Source: Parcubacteria group bacterium (GTDB taxonomy: Bacteria > Patescibacteriota > Minisyncoccia > UBA6257 > UBA11618). From it: a stretch of DNA of 64,000 nt. A program made the position numbers and the translations under genes. Positions 18,865 through 27,623 of the stretch are shown here, piece after piece (within the stretch, counting starts at the first letter, position 1; every line of letters begins with the position of its first letter). Under the pieces are notes generated by a model that searched no databases, was not told the origin of the DNA, and saw only the letters and a program-made list of their open reading frames with translations. The stretch is from NCBI GenBank assembly GCA_943357895.1, contig CALRGO010000003.1, forward strand, positions 15,389 to 79,388, given 5' to 3'.

Positions 18865-18892
18865 TTAGTGGGTAGTGAATAGATACGACGAG

Positions 18893-19189
18893 TTACGATT
18901 CGAGAATTGCTAAAATATCGCTTTCTTCGGCGACTAAATATTTTTTACCTTCAAGCTCAATTTCGTCCGGCCCGTATTTTTTAAATAAAACGATGTCGCC
19001 AACTTTTACGGACACGTGCATAATATCCCCCCGATCATTACGTTTACCGGCACCCACAGCATATACGCGCCCTTTTATTGGCCGCTCCTTTTCGGCGGAA
19101 TCAGGCAGGACAATACCCGACTTAGTCATGCGATCCTCCTCCATAGCCTCAAGAAAAACGCGATCTGATAGGGGTTTTATGTTGCTCAT
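18893..19189 (-). CDS. groS: Co-chaperonin GroES
   Basis: MSNIKPLSDRVFLEAMEEDRMTKSGIVLPDSA... Start trimmed to the internal Met at 19189; the ORF-track N-terminal extension is non-coding. Confidence 0.9.
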   Translation of the reverse strand: MSNIKPLSDRVFLEAMEEDRMTKSGIVLPDSAEKERPIKGRVYAVGAGKRNDRGDIMHVSVKVGDIVLFKKYGPDEIELEGKKYLVAEESDILAILES

Positions 19190-19404
19190 AGTACCCACTA
19201 TTGTATGCGGTTTAGCACTCGTGTCAATTGCTTGCGAGCGAATAAGCAGTATTTTCTTATCCCAACAAAGCGGATACCAGGGAGCAACCACATATACTAC
19301 AATGCGGACGAATGAAAGCGGGAATCGAGAAGTAATAAAAATAAGGTCAAAGTCACTGCTTTCATCACCCCTCCGAACGGATTCAATAAATGGCGGGAGG
19401 CGCA

Positions 19405-20490
19405 TTACGCGCCATCATGCTCCCCTTCGTGCGGTTTTTCAAGCAAATTAACCTCAATACTCATGGCTGCGCCGCCAATCTTCAAAACGTCGCGATCAAT
19501 TTTCCCTAGCTCTTTTGCCGCCGCGTTCCACGCGTTTACCGTAGTCCCTAAGTGGCCACCCACTTTGCCAAAGTAACTTTCGTATGCCTTTAAGTGCCGG
19601 CCTAAGTCCTGCACGCGTTTGATGATGACCTCCACTTCCTTATGAAAATGCTCGCGGCGAATGCCTTGTATTACCGTCTGCAGATACGCAAGAAATGACG
19701 TAGGTGAAACGATTACCACCTTCTTATCTTTCATTGCGTACTCTATTAAATCCTGCGCGGCGCCGGCGCCTACGCGATTAACGAGTAAGTCATAATAAAT
19801 GGCCTCGGCGGGGATAAACATAAACGCAAAGTCCATAGTACCTTCTTGCGGGCGTACATATTTAGCCGTTTCGTCGATGCGATTTTTTAAATCCGCGCGG
19901 AACGCCTTTTCGAGTTGGCTGCGCTCTACGTCAGTCTTTGCCTCCACTAAGCGGTTATAGTTTTCCAAACTAAACTTAGAATCTATCGGGATAATCTTTC
20001 GATCCTCGCCCGCGCCATAAAAAACCACGGCGTCCACTATCTCGCCGTCTTTAAACGCGTACTGCATTTGGTACTGGCTGGGAGCAAAGACATTCTTTAG
20101 AAGCGTTTCTAAAAGATATTCGCCAAGTATTCCGCGCTGCTTCGGGTTCTTCAAAATATCCTCCAAGCCACGGATTTGCTCCATACCGAGCGCGACCTGC
20201 TTATTCGTCGCATCAAGCTTCACGAGTTTTTCAGTTACTTCTTTCATCATCGTCGCGCTCGATGCAAACTGCATATGAGACTGCTTATTAACATCCTGTA
20301 ATTTTTCATCAAGCGACTTACGGAGTAGCTCATTTGCGCGCGTAATTTCCGCTATCTGGTTTTGGAGCATTAAAAAGCCTTGCTCGGCGGACCGGTCGCG
20401 CGGCACGTCAAACTTAGACTTGATGAATAAAAAAAGTGCTATAAATCCAGCGATGATAATAACGGCTAGGGTGATGAGCGTATAATCCAT
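19405..20490 (-). CDS. rmuC: DNA recombination protein RmuC
   Basis: 361 aa with an N-terminal TM segment, coiled coil and RmuC C-terminal region. Confidence 0.8.
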   Translation of the reverse strand: MDYTLITLAVIIIAGFIALFLFIKSKFDVPRDRSAEQGFLMLQNQIAEITRANELLRKSLDEKLQDVNKQSHMQFASSATMMKEVTEKLVKLDATNKQVALGMEQIRGLEDILKNPKQRGILGEYLLETLLKNVFAPSQYQMQYAFKDGEIVDAVVFYGAGEDRKIIPIDSKFSLENYNRLVEAKTDVERSQLEKAFRADLKNRIDETAKYVRPQEGTMDFAFMFIPAEAIYYDLLVNRVGAGAAQDLIEYAMKDKKVVIVSPTSFLAYLQTVIQGIRREHFHKEVEVIIKRVQDLGRHLKAYESYFGKVGGHLGTTVNAWNAAAKELGKIDRDVLKIGGAAMSIEVNLLEKPHEGEHDGA

Positions 20491-20518
20491 AAGAAAATAT
20501 AGTACCGTTTTCCTCCTA

Positions 20519-21244
20519 CTACTCGCAACTCGGGTCCGCGGGGTTTATCTCACACAACTGAGACTTAACCACCTCCACTTTTTTTGAAATATCAACGGAC
20601 TGTCCGCCATCATTTTCACAATGAAGCGTGTATGTCGTCGTTGACTTAGGCGCTACGGTTATACCGCCGCCGGAGGCGGGCGTTACCGTACCTACGCCCG
20701 ATATTCTGCACCGCTCAGCATCATTACAACTCCACGTAAGGCGTGCAGTTTTTTGCGGTGCCACGAGCACACGCGGGCCGGCATTGAAGCTGCACAACAA
20801 GTCGTACGTCTTCGGTGGTTCCGGCGGCACGATACACCGCTCTAAATTTACGCCGTAATTTGCGCCCTTCATTTTAAGCCAGCCAACTACGTCTGACCCC
20901 CATGCGTAACCCGTAAGTGAACAGCCAGTTTCCGCCGTTCCCGTTATTTCCGTCTTATACGTAGCGCCCGCTAGCTTTATAATGCCATCCCAACCGGAAA
21001 CATTACTGCTAATTACATTCGAGCAATCCCCGCCCTCGGTAGCGGAACATACGCGCGCGCGATCACCGGCGAACTTAACCCAGCCGATATGCGAAGACCA
21101 TGCGTAGCCGCCATAGGCGCCCGTTTCGTCGTTAATAGTCACTTGGTGCGCCGGTCCCTGGAACGAAAGCCAGCCAATATTCTCGGACCATGCGTAGCCG
21201 TTAAGACCTATGAGAGCTACGACTGGAAGGAAAAAAAACCCCAT
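20519..21244 (-). CDS. Secreted repeat protein with three GYAWS-x-(N/H)IGW repeats and a Cys-containing C-terminal domain
   Basis: Repeats GYAWSENIGWLSF, GYAWSSHIGWVKF and GYAWGSDVVGWLKM, with an N-terminal hydrophobic anchor. Confidence 0.65.
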   Translation of the reverse strand: MGFFFLPVVALIGLNGYAWSENIGWLSFQGPAHQVTINDETGAYGGYAWSSHIGWVKFAGDRARVCSATEGGDCSNVISSNVSGWDGIIKLAGATYKTEITGTAETGCSLTGYAWGSDVVGWLKMKGANYGVNLERCIVPPEPPKTYDLLCSFNAGPRVLVAPQKTARLTWSCNDAERCRISGVGTVTPASGGGITVAPKSTTTYTLHCENDGGQSVDISKKVEVVKSQLCEINPADPSCE

Positions 21245-21247
21245 ACA

Positions 21248-21751
21248 TTAATAAAACCAAGAAACAGGGTTATACCAAACGTCGCTACTACTGCCGCTGC
21301 CACCGCTTACTATGTTCTTATAGGTATATAACGAGGCTGTGCATCCAGAAGGAGCTTTTGATCCACATGTTTTACCTTTAGAACTGATTTGTAAGTCCAT
21401 AATCCGCATATCACGCAACTGCCCACCAGAACAGTGGGCGCCATTCGTAATAGCAATCGAGGCAAAACTACTTCCATCGCTCCGGCAGTCGCACTTCCAC
21501 CCCTCCCAATTACACGCCGAGCCGGCATCGAGCCATGATGTGCGCGTGCTCTCACCGAGCGTTATGCTTGCAGACTTCATAGTCTGCATAACGAGGCCGC
21601 CGCTTTTTTCCTGCACACCCGCGCCGACGTTAAGCGGCGCCGCAACGTTTTTAGTGGGCGGCGTGCCCGTCGGTTCGGTAAACGCAAATGCCGTACTTAT
21701 AATGAGCGCGGATAATGCCGTCGCCGCAACGCACGAAAGAATTTGTTTCAT
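21248..21751 (-). CDS. Secreted hypothetical protein (signal peptide; FTEPTGTPPTKNVAAPLNVG N-terminal motif; Cys-rich)
   Basis: Signal peptide MKQILSCVAATALSALIISTAFA. 4-nt gap to the downstream GYAWS-repeat gene, so a likely operon. Confidence 0.6.
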   Translation of the reverse strand: MKQILSCVAATALSALIISTAFAFTEPTGTPPTKNVAAPLNVGAGVQEKSGGLVMQTMKSASITLGESTRTSWLDAGSACNWEGWKCDCRSDGSSFASIAITNGAHCSGGQLRDMRIMDLQISSKGKTCGSKAPSGCTASLYTYKNIVSGGSGSSSDVWYNPVSWFY

Positions 21752-21859
21752 ACCATAAGTATATCATATAAACCTTATTGACTGATTACATTACAAGGAG
21801 CATTCTAATCCCCAGCAATCTCCCAACTGAAAAATACCCCCTATTCAAGGAATCAAACC

Positions 21860-22543
21860 ATGGACTTGCCACTCTTATTCGTTGTCTACATCACAACTAA
21901 CAATAAAGAAATCGTTTGTATAAATCACAACGGACTACTCATCTTACCCCGCTACGAACCCGAAAGAATATACAGCAAGGAGGCAATCACGAGTGCTCTC
22001 ATGCGACAAATACAAGAGAGTATGCGGATAAATGGAAAGGTGAATCTTGTGGATGCGGAGCGGCATCGCGTACATGAGCCGAAAAAAAATACACTTACCA
22101 ACCTTCCTGCCGATGACAATGAAAATTGCGAAGATGACGATTATTTTGAAGGATTGTTACATGGAATCGATCCGCGGACGACCCCCGAAGAGATTGCGAT
22201 GAAGGATGACTCCCCCTTTCGTGTCTGCGTTGCCTACGATTGCATCCCCTGCGCAGAAGAGCCGAAAAATCCACGTACTTCACCGTACGGGCAATGGGCG
22301 AGTGAACTATTCACGTATCAAAAATTTGAGGAATGGGATGCGAATAGGAAGGCGCGTAAAGCGCAAGAAAAAAAGATTGTGCGCATGCCCGTCGAAGAAT
22401 GGAATACGAGGATCTCCTTAGGCACCATCAAAGACAAAATAAGCGTCATGGCAACGGAAATTGCCCAAGAGTGGATCGCCATGATCAAGCCCCCGTCATT
22501 CCCCCGCAAAACCAAAAAAAAGGCCATGGGGAAGAAAAAATGA
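21860..22543 (+). CDS. Hypothetical protein (227 aa, acidic patch DDNENCEDDDYFEG, Lys-rich C-terminus)
   Basis: AAGGAA SD 8 nt upstream and a terminator directly downstream. I recognise no domain. Confidence 0.55.
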   Translation: MDLPLLFVVYITTNNKEIVCINHNGLLILPRYEPERIYSKEAITSALMRQIQESMRINGKVNLVDAERHRVHEPKKNTLTNLPADDNENCEDDDYFEGLLHGIDPRTTPEEIAMKDDSPFRVCVAYDCIPCAEEPKNPRTSPYGQWASELFTYQKFEEWDANRKARKAQEKKIVRMPVEEWNTRISLGTIKDKISVMATEIAQEWIAMIKPPSFPRKTKKKAMGKKK

Positions 22544-22584
22544 AAAAAGCCGCTGCGCAGGATGCACAGCGGCTTTTCTTATTT
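22543..22584. terminator. Bidirectional terminator shared by convergent genes
   Basis: AAAAAA-gccgctg-cgcaggatgca-cagcggc-TTTTCTTATTTTT. Confidence 0.65.
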
Positions 22585-23229
22585 TTGTATGCTCATGGGG
22601 AACGAATACACCTTCTTACCGGACTCGGTGCCGGTTGTTTCTACGGTGATTAAATAATCGCCAGCCGCCGTCCACGCATGACTTAATGTTTTTTCGCTTT
22701 TCTGCGGCACTGTACCCGACGTCGTTTGCTTATCACCCCAATCAACCGTATATAAAATATCTTCGGTATCCGCGCCGACAACGAAGGACATCATCTGCCC
22801 CGCAGGCCTTACAATAGACACATTCGATGGTAAGGCGCTCACACCTGTTGCCGAAATGCCAAATATTTGTGTCGCTTCCTTACGGGCAGTATCAACCGCC
22901 GTCTTTGAAATATCTTTTATGAAATCCGTTACCGCCTCCTTTGGCTTTTCAAGCACCGTCTCGACTGCCGAATCAACGAGCTTTTTTCCCTTCTCCTGCA
23001 ACGTCTCACCCTCTTTTAACGTTGATGTTGCGGTAGTAAAAGAAACTTTACCGAACGAAGAAAAATCCCCCTTAAAAATCTTCTTAGTATTCGCCGCACT
23101 AAAATCCCCGCCCCATGCATAATAGATTCCACCAATCACGACTATGAACAAAAAAAGATACATGAGGGAATTACCACCCCCACCGGAACGCCGTTTTTGC
23201 CGGCGCGGAAAATCGTCGTCTTCGTACAT
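22579..23229 (-). CDS. Membrane-anchored protein with C-terminal PKD-like domain
   Basis: N-terminal TM segment. The C-terminus (YTVDWGDKQTTSG...HAWTAAGDYLITVETTG) matches the PKD pattern. Confidence 0.6.
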   Translation of the reverse strand: MYEDDDFPRRQKRRSGGGGNSLMYLFLFIVVIGGIYYAWGGDFSAANTKKIFKGDFSSFGKVSFTTATSTLKEGETLQEKGKKLVDSAVETVLEKPKEAVTDFIKDISKTAVDTARKEATQIFGISATGVSALPSNVSIVRPAGQMMSFVVGADTEDILYTVDWGDKQTTSGTVPQKSEKTLSHAWTAAGDYLITVETTGTESGKKVYSFPMSIQK

Positions 23230-23241
23230 AACTACAGTGTA

Positions 23242-24402
23242 CTAGTTTTTTAAAACAACCGCATCGCCTGCATCCATAAAGATAGCTTCGCGGTATTTGT
23301 TACGCGGGTTCCATATGAGCCACTGGCTCTTTAGCCCTGCGTCTGCAATAGCCCGCATCTGCTCGCGCACCATAAAGGGGGTATATACTGCACCCATATC
23401 AAAGTCCTGCACCCACGGGCGGATATTCGTAAACGGCACGCCCGCATCTGCAAAAATCTCCTTACCCTTCGCGAGCGTCTGTGCCATTACTTCGTACGGG
23501 TGCTCTGCGGGGTTCTTAAAATTAAAATTACCAGTGCTGTAATGTGACGGGTAGATCATGGGGCACACGTCATCAAGCACGGCTGCTAAAGCAGGCGCAG
23601 ACTGACCAATACCCATATCGTACTTGCGCATGAACGTGTAACCGAAAATATCTGCTGTAAGGCGCACGTCGGGATATTCACCCTTTAGGGTCTGCTTGAG
23701 GTATTTTGCTACGGAAACTATCACATCCGGCTTCGTACCGACAGCCTCGCTCCAAAAAGGATATACGGCGTTCGCTACCCCCTCGGATGGAAAACGGAAA
23801 TAATCGAGGTTAATTTCCGCAAAGCCCGCCTTAATAGCGTCGCGCGAAATCCCCGCCACGTATTCCCATGCCTTCTTATTGCTCGCGTCAAGCCAATACC
23901 GGCCGCCGTTATCGCGCCAAAGAGCGCCACTTGCAAGCTGTATCGCCCATGACGGGTTCGCTTTCGCCACCGCATTGTTTTGGAAGGCGACGACGCGCGC
24001 TATGGGGAAAATCTTCAAAAAACGCAGTTGGCGGACAAGCATACGCATCTCATCGTCCATCACCACACGGCCAGTCGCGTCCTGTATGTCTATTACGACT
24101 GCGTTCGGGGCGTAATCACCTTCTGAGGCCTTAATAAGCCGCACAATATCTTCCATGCGCGGGCTGTACGCAGTTGAAGCGGTAATATAGAGCGCACGAA
24201 CCTCTTCGGGATACGTTACGGGCGGCATCGGACTCGCAAGGGACACGGGGTGCGGCCCGCGGGCTATGTGGCGCGGCAGGCGGTACATGCCGTTCCACAC
24301 AACACACAAATAAATACAAAAAAGACCAAAGGCAAGAATAAGCGTAAGGGCGCACGCAAACGCACAATGCTTTTTTATGTGATGCTTAATTTTAATTGCC
24401 AT
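23242..24402 (-). CDS. Putative glycoside-hydrolase-like protein (GHL10/DUF4015-type TIM-barrel), membrane-anchored
   Basis: Start placed at the internal Met before the TM segment. An alternative start at 24438 would overlap cdaA by 47 nt. Confidence 0.6.
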   Translation of the reverse strand: MAIKIKHHIKKHCAFACALTLILAFGLFCIYLCVVWNGMYRLPRHIARGPHPVSLASPMPPVTYPEEVRALYITASTAYSPRMEDIVRLIKASEGDYAPNAVVIDIQDATGRVVMDDEMRMLVRQLRFLKIFPIARVVAFQNNAVAKANPSWAIQLASGALWRDNGGRYWLDASNKKAWEYVAGISRDAIKAGFAEINLDYFRFPSEGVANAVYPFWSEAVGTKPDVIVSVAKYLKQTLKGEYPDVRLTADIFGYTFMRKYDMGIGQSAPALAAVLDDVCPMIYPSHYSTGNFNFKNPAEHPYEVMAQTLAKGKEIFADAGVPFTNIRPWVQDFDMGAVYTPFMVREQMRAIADAGLKSQWLIWNPRNKYREAIFMDAGDAVVLKN

Positions 24403-25261
24403 GCGGGAAAACCAGAATAAACCACGCGACAACCGCAAGAAGCACCGCTAAGACCTTTTCGGGAATATTTTTAACCGCTCCAGAAAGCGGAAAAAATATC
24501 TTTTTTGCATGCTTTTCGCGCAAAAAACCGCTGATTGTAGTACGCAGATCCGCCCCTGACTTTACGGCCTTAAGCGTGCCATCCCGTGCGACGGAAATTG
24601 TCCCCTTTTCCTCCGAAACGATTACCGCGAGGGCGTCGGATACCTCGGCAATACCCAAGCCCGCGCTATGGCGCGTGCCATATATCTCGATCTGCCCGAA
24701 GTCCTGCGATAACGGCAAATGCACGCCGAACTTCGTAATCGTCTTACCCTCGATAATAAGCGCGCCGTCATGCCCTGGACTCGACGCGTCAAAAATGCTT
24801 TCGAGAAGCGGTTCGGAGATCTTCCCATACAGGTCAAAACCGCCCGAAAGGTGTCGCCCGAGCGATTCGCGGCCAGCGAATACCACAAGCATGCCAGTTT
24901 TTTCCTTAGCAAACCGTTCGGCGACGCGCACGACGCGGTCAATGTCTTCCGTCACCGGTTTTTTGCCTATATTTTTAGCCGTCGGGGAAAGGATAATAGC
25001 GATAATCTCAAAATAGCGACGCAGTTCAGACTGAAAGAGTATTACGATACCGATAAGGAAGACGCTAAAAAAAAGATTGAGCGCCTGCGCCGTAAGAGGA
25101 AAATCAAATATTTTTGCCGCGCCGTATACGAAAGAAACGATAATTATTCCGTAGACGATGAAAAGCGCGCGCGTCTGCTTTAAAAGCATAATAAGCCCAT
25201 ACACGAAAAAGGAAAAAATAAAGATATCGAATAACGCAGTGATGCTCATTGCATACATCAT
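24392..25261 (-). CDS. cdaA: Diadenylate cyclase CdaA (DisA_N domain)
   Basis: Three N-terminal TM helices plus the DAC motifs DGALII and GTRHSAGLG. Confidence 0.85.
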   Translation of the reverse strand: MMYAMSITALFDIFIFSFFVYGLIMLLKQTRALFIVYGIIIVSFVYGAAKIFDFPLTAQALNLFFSVFLIGIVILFQSELRRYFEIIAIILSPTAKNIGKKPVTEDIDRVVRVAERFAKEKTGMLVVFAGRESLGRHLSGGFDLYGKISEPLLESIFDASSPGHDGALIIEGKTITKFGVHLPLSQDFGQIEIYGTRHSAGLGIAEVSDALAVIVSEEKGTISVARDGTLKAVKSGADLRTTISGFLREKHAKKIFFPLSGAVKNIPEKVLAVLLAVVAWFILVFPHGN

Positions 25262-25272
25262 ACGGAATTGCG

Positions 25273-25301
25273 CAAAAAAAACACAGCCTTGTCGGCTGTG
25301 T
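25273..25301 (-). terminator. Intrinsic terminator downstream of the 25317-25907 gene
   Basis: The minus strand reads acacagcc-gacaa-ggctgtgt followed by TTTTTTTT. Confidence 0.6.
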
Positions 25302-25316
25302 TTCTCTGGATTCGCT

Positions 25317-25907
25317 TTATATTTCTATTGTGATAAGCGATTTCTCGTTTGCCATTACCGTTATCGGCATCATTTTCACGACTTCGTCGGGAATGCCCGA
25401 GGAGACGTTTAATGTCCTCACCCTTACCTCGTCGTACTGCATCGCCGAAAGCGATACGGTAAATACGAGCGTCGACTGACCTGCTGGTACCGCACGATAG
25501 CCATCGTAGACTTGAATCCACGCCGCATCTCCCTCGCTTGCGCGCGCCGGGTTATGTACGTATATCGCGCGTACCGCAACCGCATCCTTCGCGAGCACCG
25601 AAAACGCCACCTCGCCCTTACCCGCTGGCATAGGCGTAGTCACACTTCCTACCACTACTTCCGGCATTACATCTTCCTCTATCACGGGCATTACACCAGA
25701 CTCTTCCACACCCAATTCTTCTGCGTCTGCTACCGTCGAAGTTGCCTCCTCCGTCGCTGTTTCGCTTTCGGGGGCGATTGCCGAATTAGACGACATTAAA
25801 AGCTTTACGCCCGCAACCACGATAACGAGCACTAAAATTACGATGACGAGATTAGTCCCCGCCTGACTCTTTTCCGCATCATTCTGCGGCATATTTTTCA
25901 TATCCAT
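25317..25907 (-). CDS. Membrane-anchored hypothetical protein (196 aa)
   Basis: N-terminal TM helix, acidic linker, beta-rich C-terminal region. No motif recognised. Confidence 0.55.
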   Translation of the reverse strand: MDMKNMPQNDAEKSQAGTNLVIVILVLVIVVAGVKLLMSSNSAIAPESETATEEATSTVADAEELGVEESGVMPVIEEDVMPEVVVGSVTTPMPAGKGEVAFSVLAKDAVAVRAIYVHNPARASEGDAAWIQVYDGYRAVPAGQSTLVFTVSLSAMQYDEVRVRTLNVSSGIPDEVVKMMPITVMANEKSLITIEI

Positions 25908-25960
25908 ATGGGAAGTATCGTATGCCCCCTAAAAAATAGTGTCAATCTGTACAAACTATG

Positions 25961-25987
25961 AAAAAAGCGGGGATTTAGAATCCCCGC
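25961..25987 (-). terminator. Intrinsic terminator downstream of the 26014-26529 gene
   Basis: gcgggga-ttctaaa-tccccgc followed by TTTTTT on the minus strand. Confidence 0.65.
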
Positions 25988-26013
25988 CTTGAAAGACAGT
26001 GTACGACACAGCA

Positions 26014-26529
26014 CTACAATTGGGCGAACGCGAGGCAATCCGTATTAGGATAATAATCGCATGCAGGAATGAGTCGCGTGAGCCACTGGTCGGTATCGCT
26101 CTTACGCACCATCACGGGACGCAATTCTCCACCAGAAGATTCATACACAGAAAGCCCGTAAAACCAAATGCGGTGAATTTTTAGCAAACGCAAAAATGGA
26201 ATTTCATACTGATTGCGACACAGTTCCCACGCATGCTGAATTCCCAAAAGGGATGGCTGAAAGTAATTAAAGCGATCGTCGATAACCTGCGAAATAGCTC
26301 TATCCCCCCTTCTTGTCTTTTCCCCGATGATGGGCGCCCCGATATAGAGGGAGCATACAAGCGTCACCGAAGAATCGGGCCCAATACAATCGATCCAAGG
26401 AAATGTTGCCTGCAAAACCCCAAGCGATGGCCGATTAATAGCCTGAATAGCGACTGGCTCCGGCGGATGGACGAATGCCATAAAATGCTTACGGCTGACA
26501 TGCATCGACCTATCTAAAAGCGCGTTCAT
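26014..26529 (-). CDS. Hypothetical protein (171 aa)
   Basis: AGGAGA SD 7 nt before the ATG, and a terminator downstream. No recognisable domain. Confidence 0.55.
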   Translation of the reverse strand: MNALLDRSMHVSRKHFMAFVHPPEPVAIQAINRPSLGVLQATFPWIDCIGPDSSVTLVCSLYIGAPIIGEKTRRGDRAISQVIDDRFNYFQPSLLGIQHAWELCRNQYEIPFLRLLKIHRIWFYGLSVYESSGGELRPVMVRKSDTDQWLTRLIPACDYYPNTDCLAFAQL

Positions 26530-26606
26530 TCAGTTTCTCCTGTGAATGAGATGAAAAGGATTGTATCCCCATAAACGATCAAATAGCTAAATATATAATA
26601 TACCGT

Positions 26607-27623
26607 TTACTTTAATACGGCAATACCCGCTTCGCTTGCGAACCGCGCAAGCGGAAAAATGGCGGATAGAGTGCTATTACGCGAATAATCTTCTTTAGCG
26701 CTGACCACACCTATGACGTACCCGTGCCAAAATACCGGCGAGCCAGACCGGCCGCCGATTATCTCCATAACCGCCGTCATCCCCACGGGCTGATTCTTAA
26801 AAAGCTTATCACCACCCACAATATCCTTAATTTCCCCCATACTCCCCTGCAAATAAAAGTTATTTCCATACGACGGCACGCCGCTCGGGAAGCCAAAACT
26901 TACGACTTCGTCGCCCGTAACAGGAAGTTCGAAAATTTTCATAGGACTCGCGATAAACGAACGTGGCATTGTGCCGCTCACAGCCGAGGTAATACGCATA
27001 AGAGCGCTATCCGCGAAATCGTACTCCCCGTCGCTCATACCGCTTACCGTCGGCTCCGGCGACACGAACGCTACGTGGGCGACGTATGCGAATTCGGTAA
27101 CCGGCGTGAAAGAGTTAAGTCTACGGATATCTTCAACCGTCGGGGTTTTTATACCATCGGGCGGCACGGCGATGCGGCACGAATCCAAAGAATAATTCTG
27201 TAATCCCTGCTTGCCACCGGTTATCCCATATGTGTATTTTATATCGACGACATGACGCGCCGTCAGCACGTATCCTTCCGCGCCAACCATGACGCCCGAT
27301 CCGTACGTAGTCGTCTGATCACCCGCCGCGTTTTTAAAAAGGCATTTAACGACGACTACCGACCGGAGGTCTATGGGGATATCCGTAACGGTTTTTTGAA
27401 CGGGCGGAGTAGGCGCTTCGATAACGGTAGGCGGAGGCGAACTAGGTTGCGCAGAAACCTTAGGCGCAGACTGCTTTTTTTCGACCGGAATAACCTGCTT
27501 TTTTTCCATGACAGGCAAGGCGCGCTTCGGCACAGGAAAAGAAAATTGCGCTGTATGCGGGGGCGCCATGAGAATAGCCGTAACAAAGACACCAAACGCG
27601 ATACCGTACGGGATGTACTTCAT
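26607..27623 (-). CDS. Secreted trypsin-like serine protease (S1 family)
   Basis: Signal anchor. Catalytic His context TARHVV and Ser context GGRSGSPVF (GDSGGP-like). Confidence 0.75.
   Translation of the reverse strand: MKYIPYGIAFGVFVTAILMAPPHTAQFSFPVPKRALPVMEKKQVIPVEKKQSAPKVSAQPSSPPPTVIEAPTPPVQKTVTDIPIDLRSVVVVKCLFKNAAGDQTTTYGSGVMVGAEGYVLTARHVVDIKYTYGITGGKQGLQNYSLDSCRIAVPPDGIKTPTVEDIRRLNSFTPVTEFAYVAHVAFVSPEPTVSGMSDGEYDFADSALMRITSAVSGTMPRSFIASPMKIFELPVTGDEVVSFGFPSGVPSYGNNFYLQGSMGEIKDIVGGDKLFKNQPVGMTAVMEIIGGRSGSPVFWHGYVIGVVSAKEDYSRNSTLSAIFPLARFASEAGIAVLK

Noticed and set aside
19212-19221. Full CIRCE (HrcA operator) call upstream of groES
   Set aside because: Only the GAGTGCTAA half-site is intact and the partner half is degenerate. 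Reported as a finding, not as a feature.
24396-25016. 206-aa plus-strand ORF inside cdaA
   Set aside because: Antisense to the CdaA DAC domain and low-complexity.
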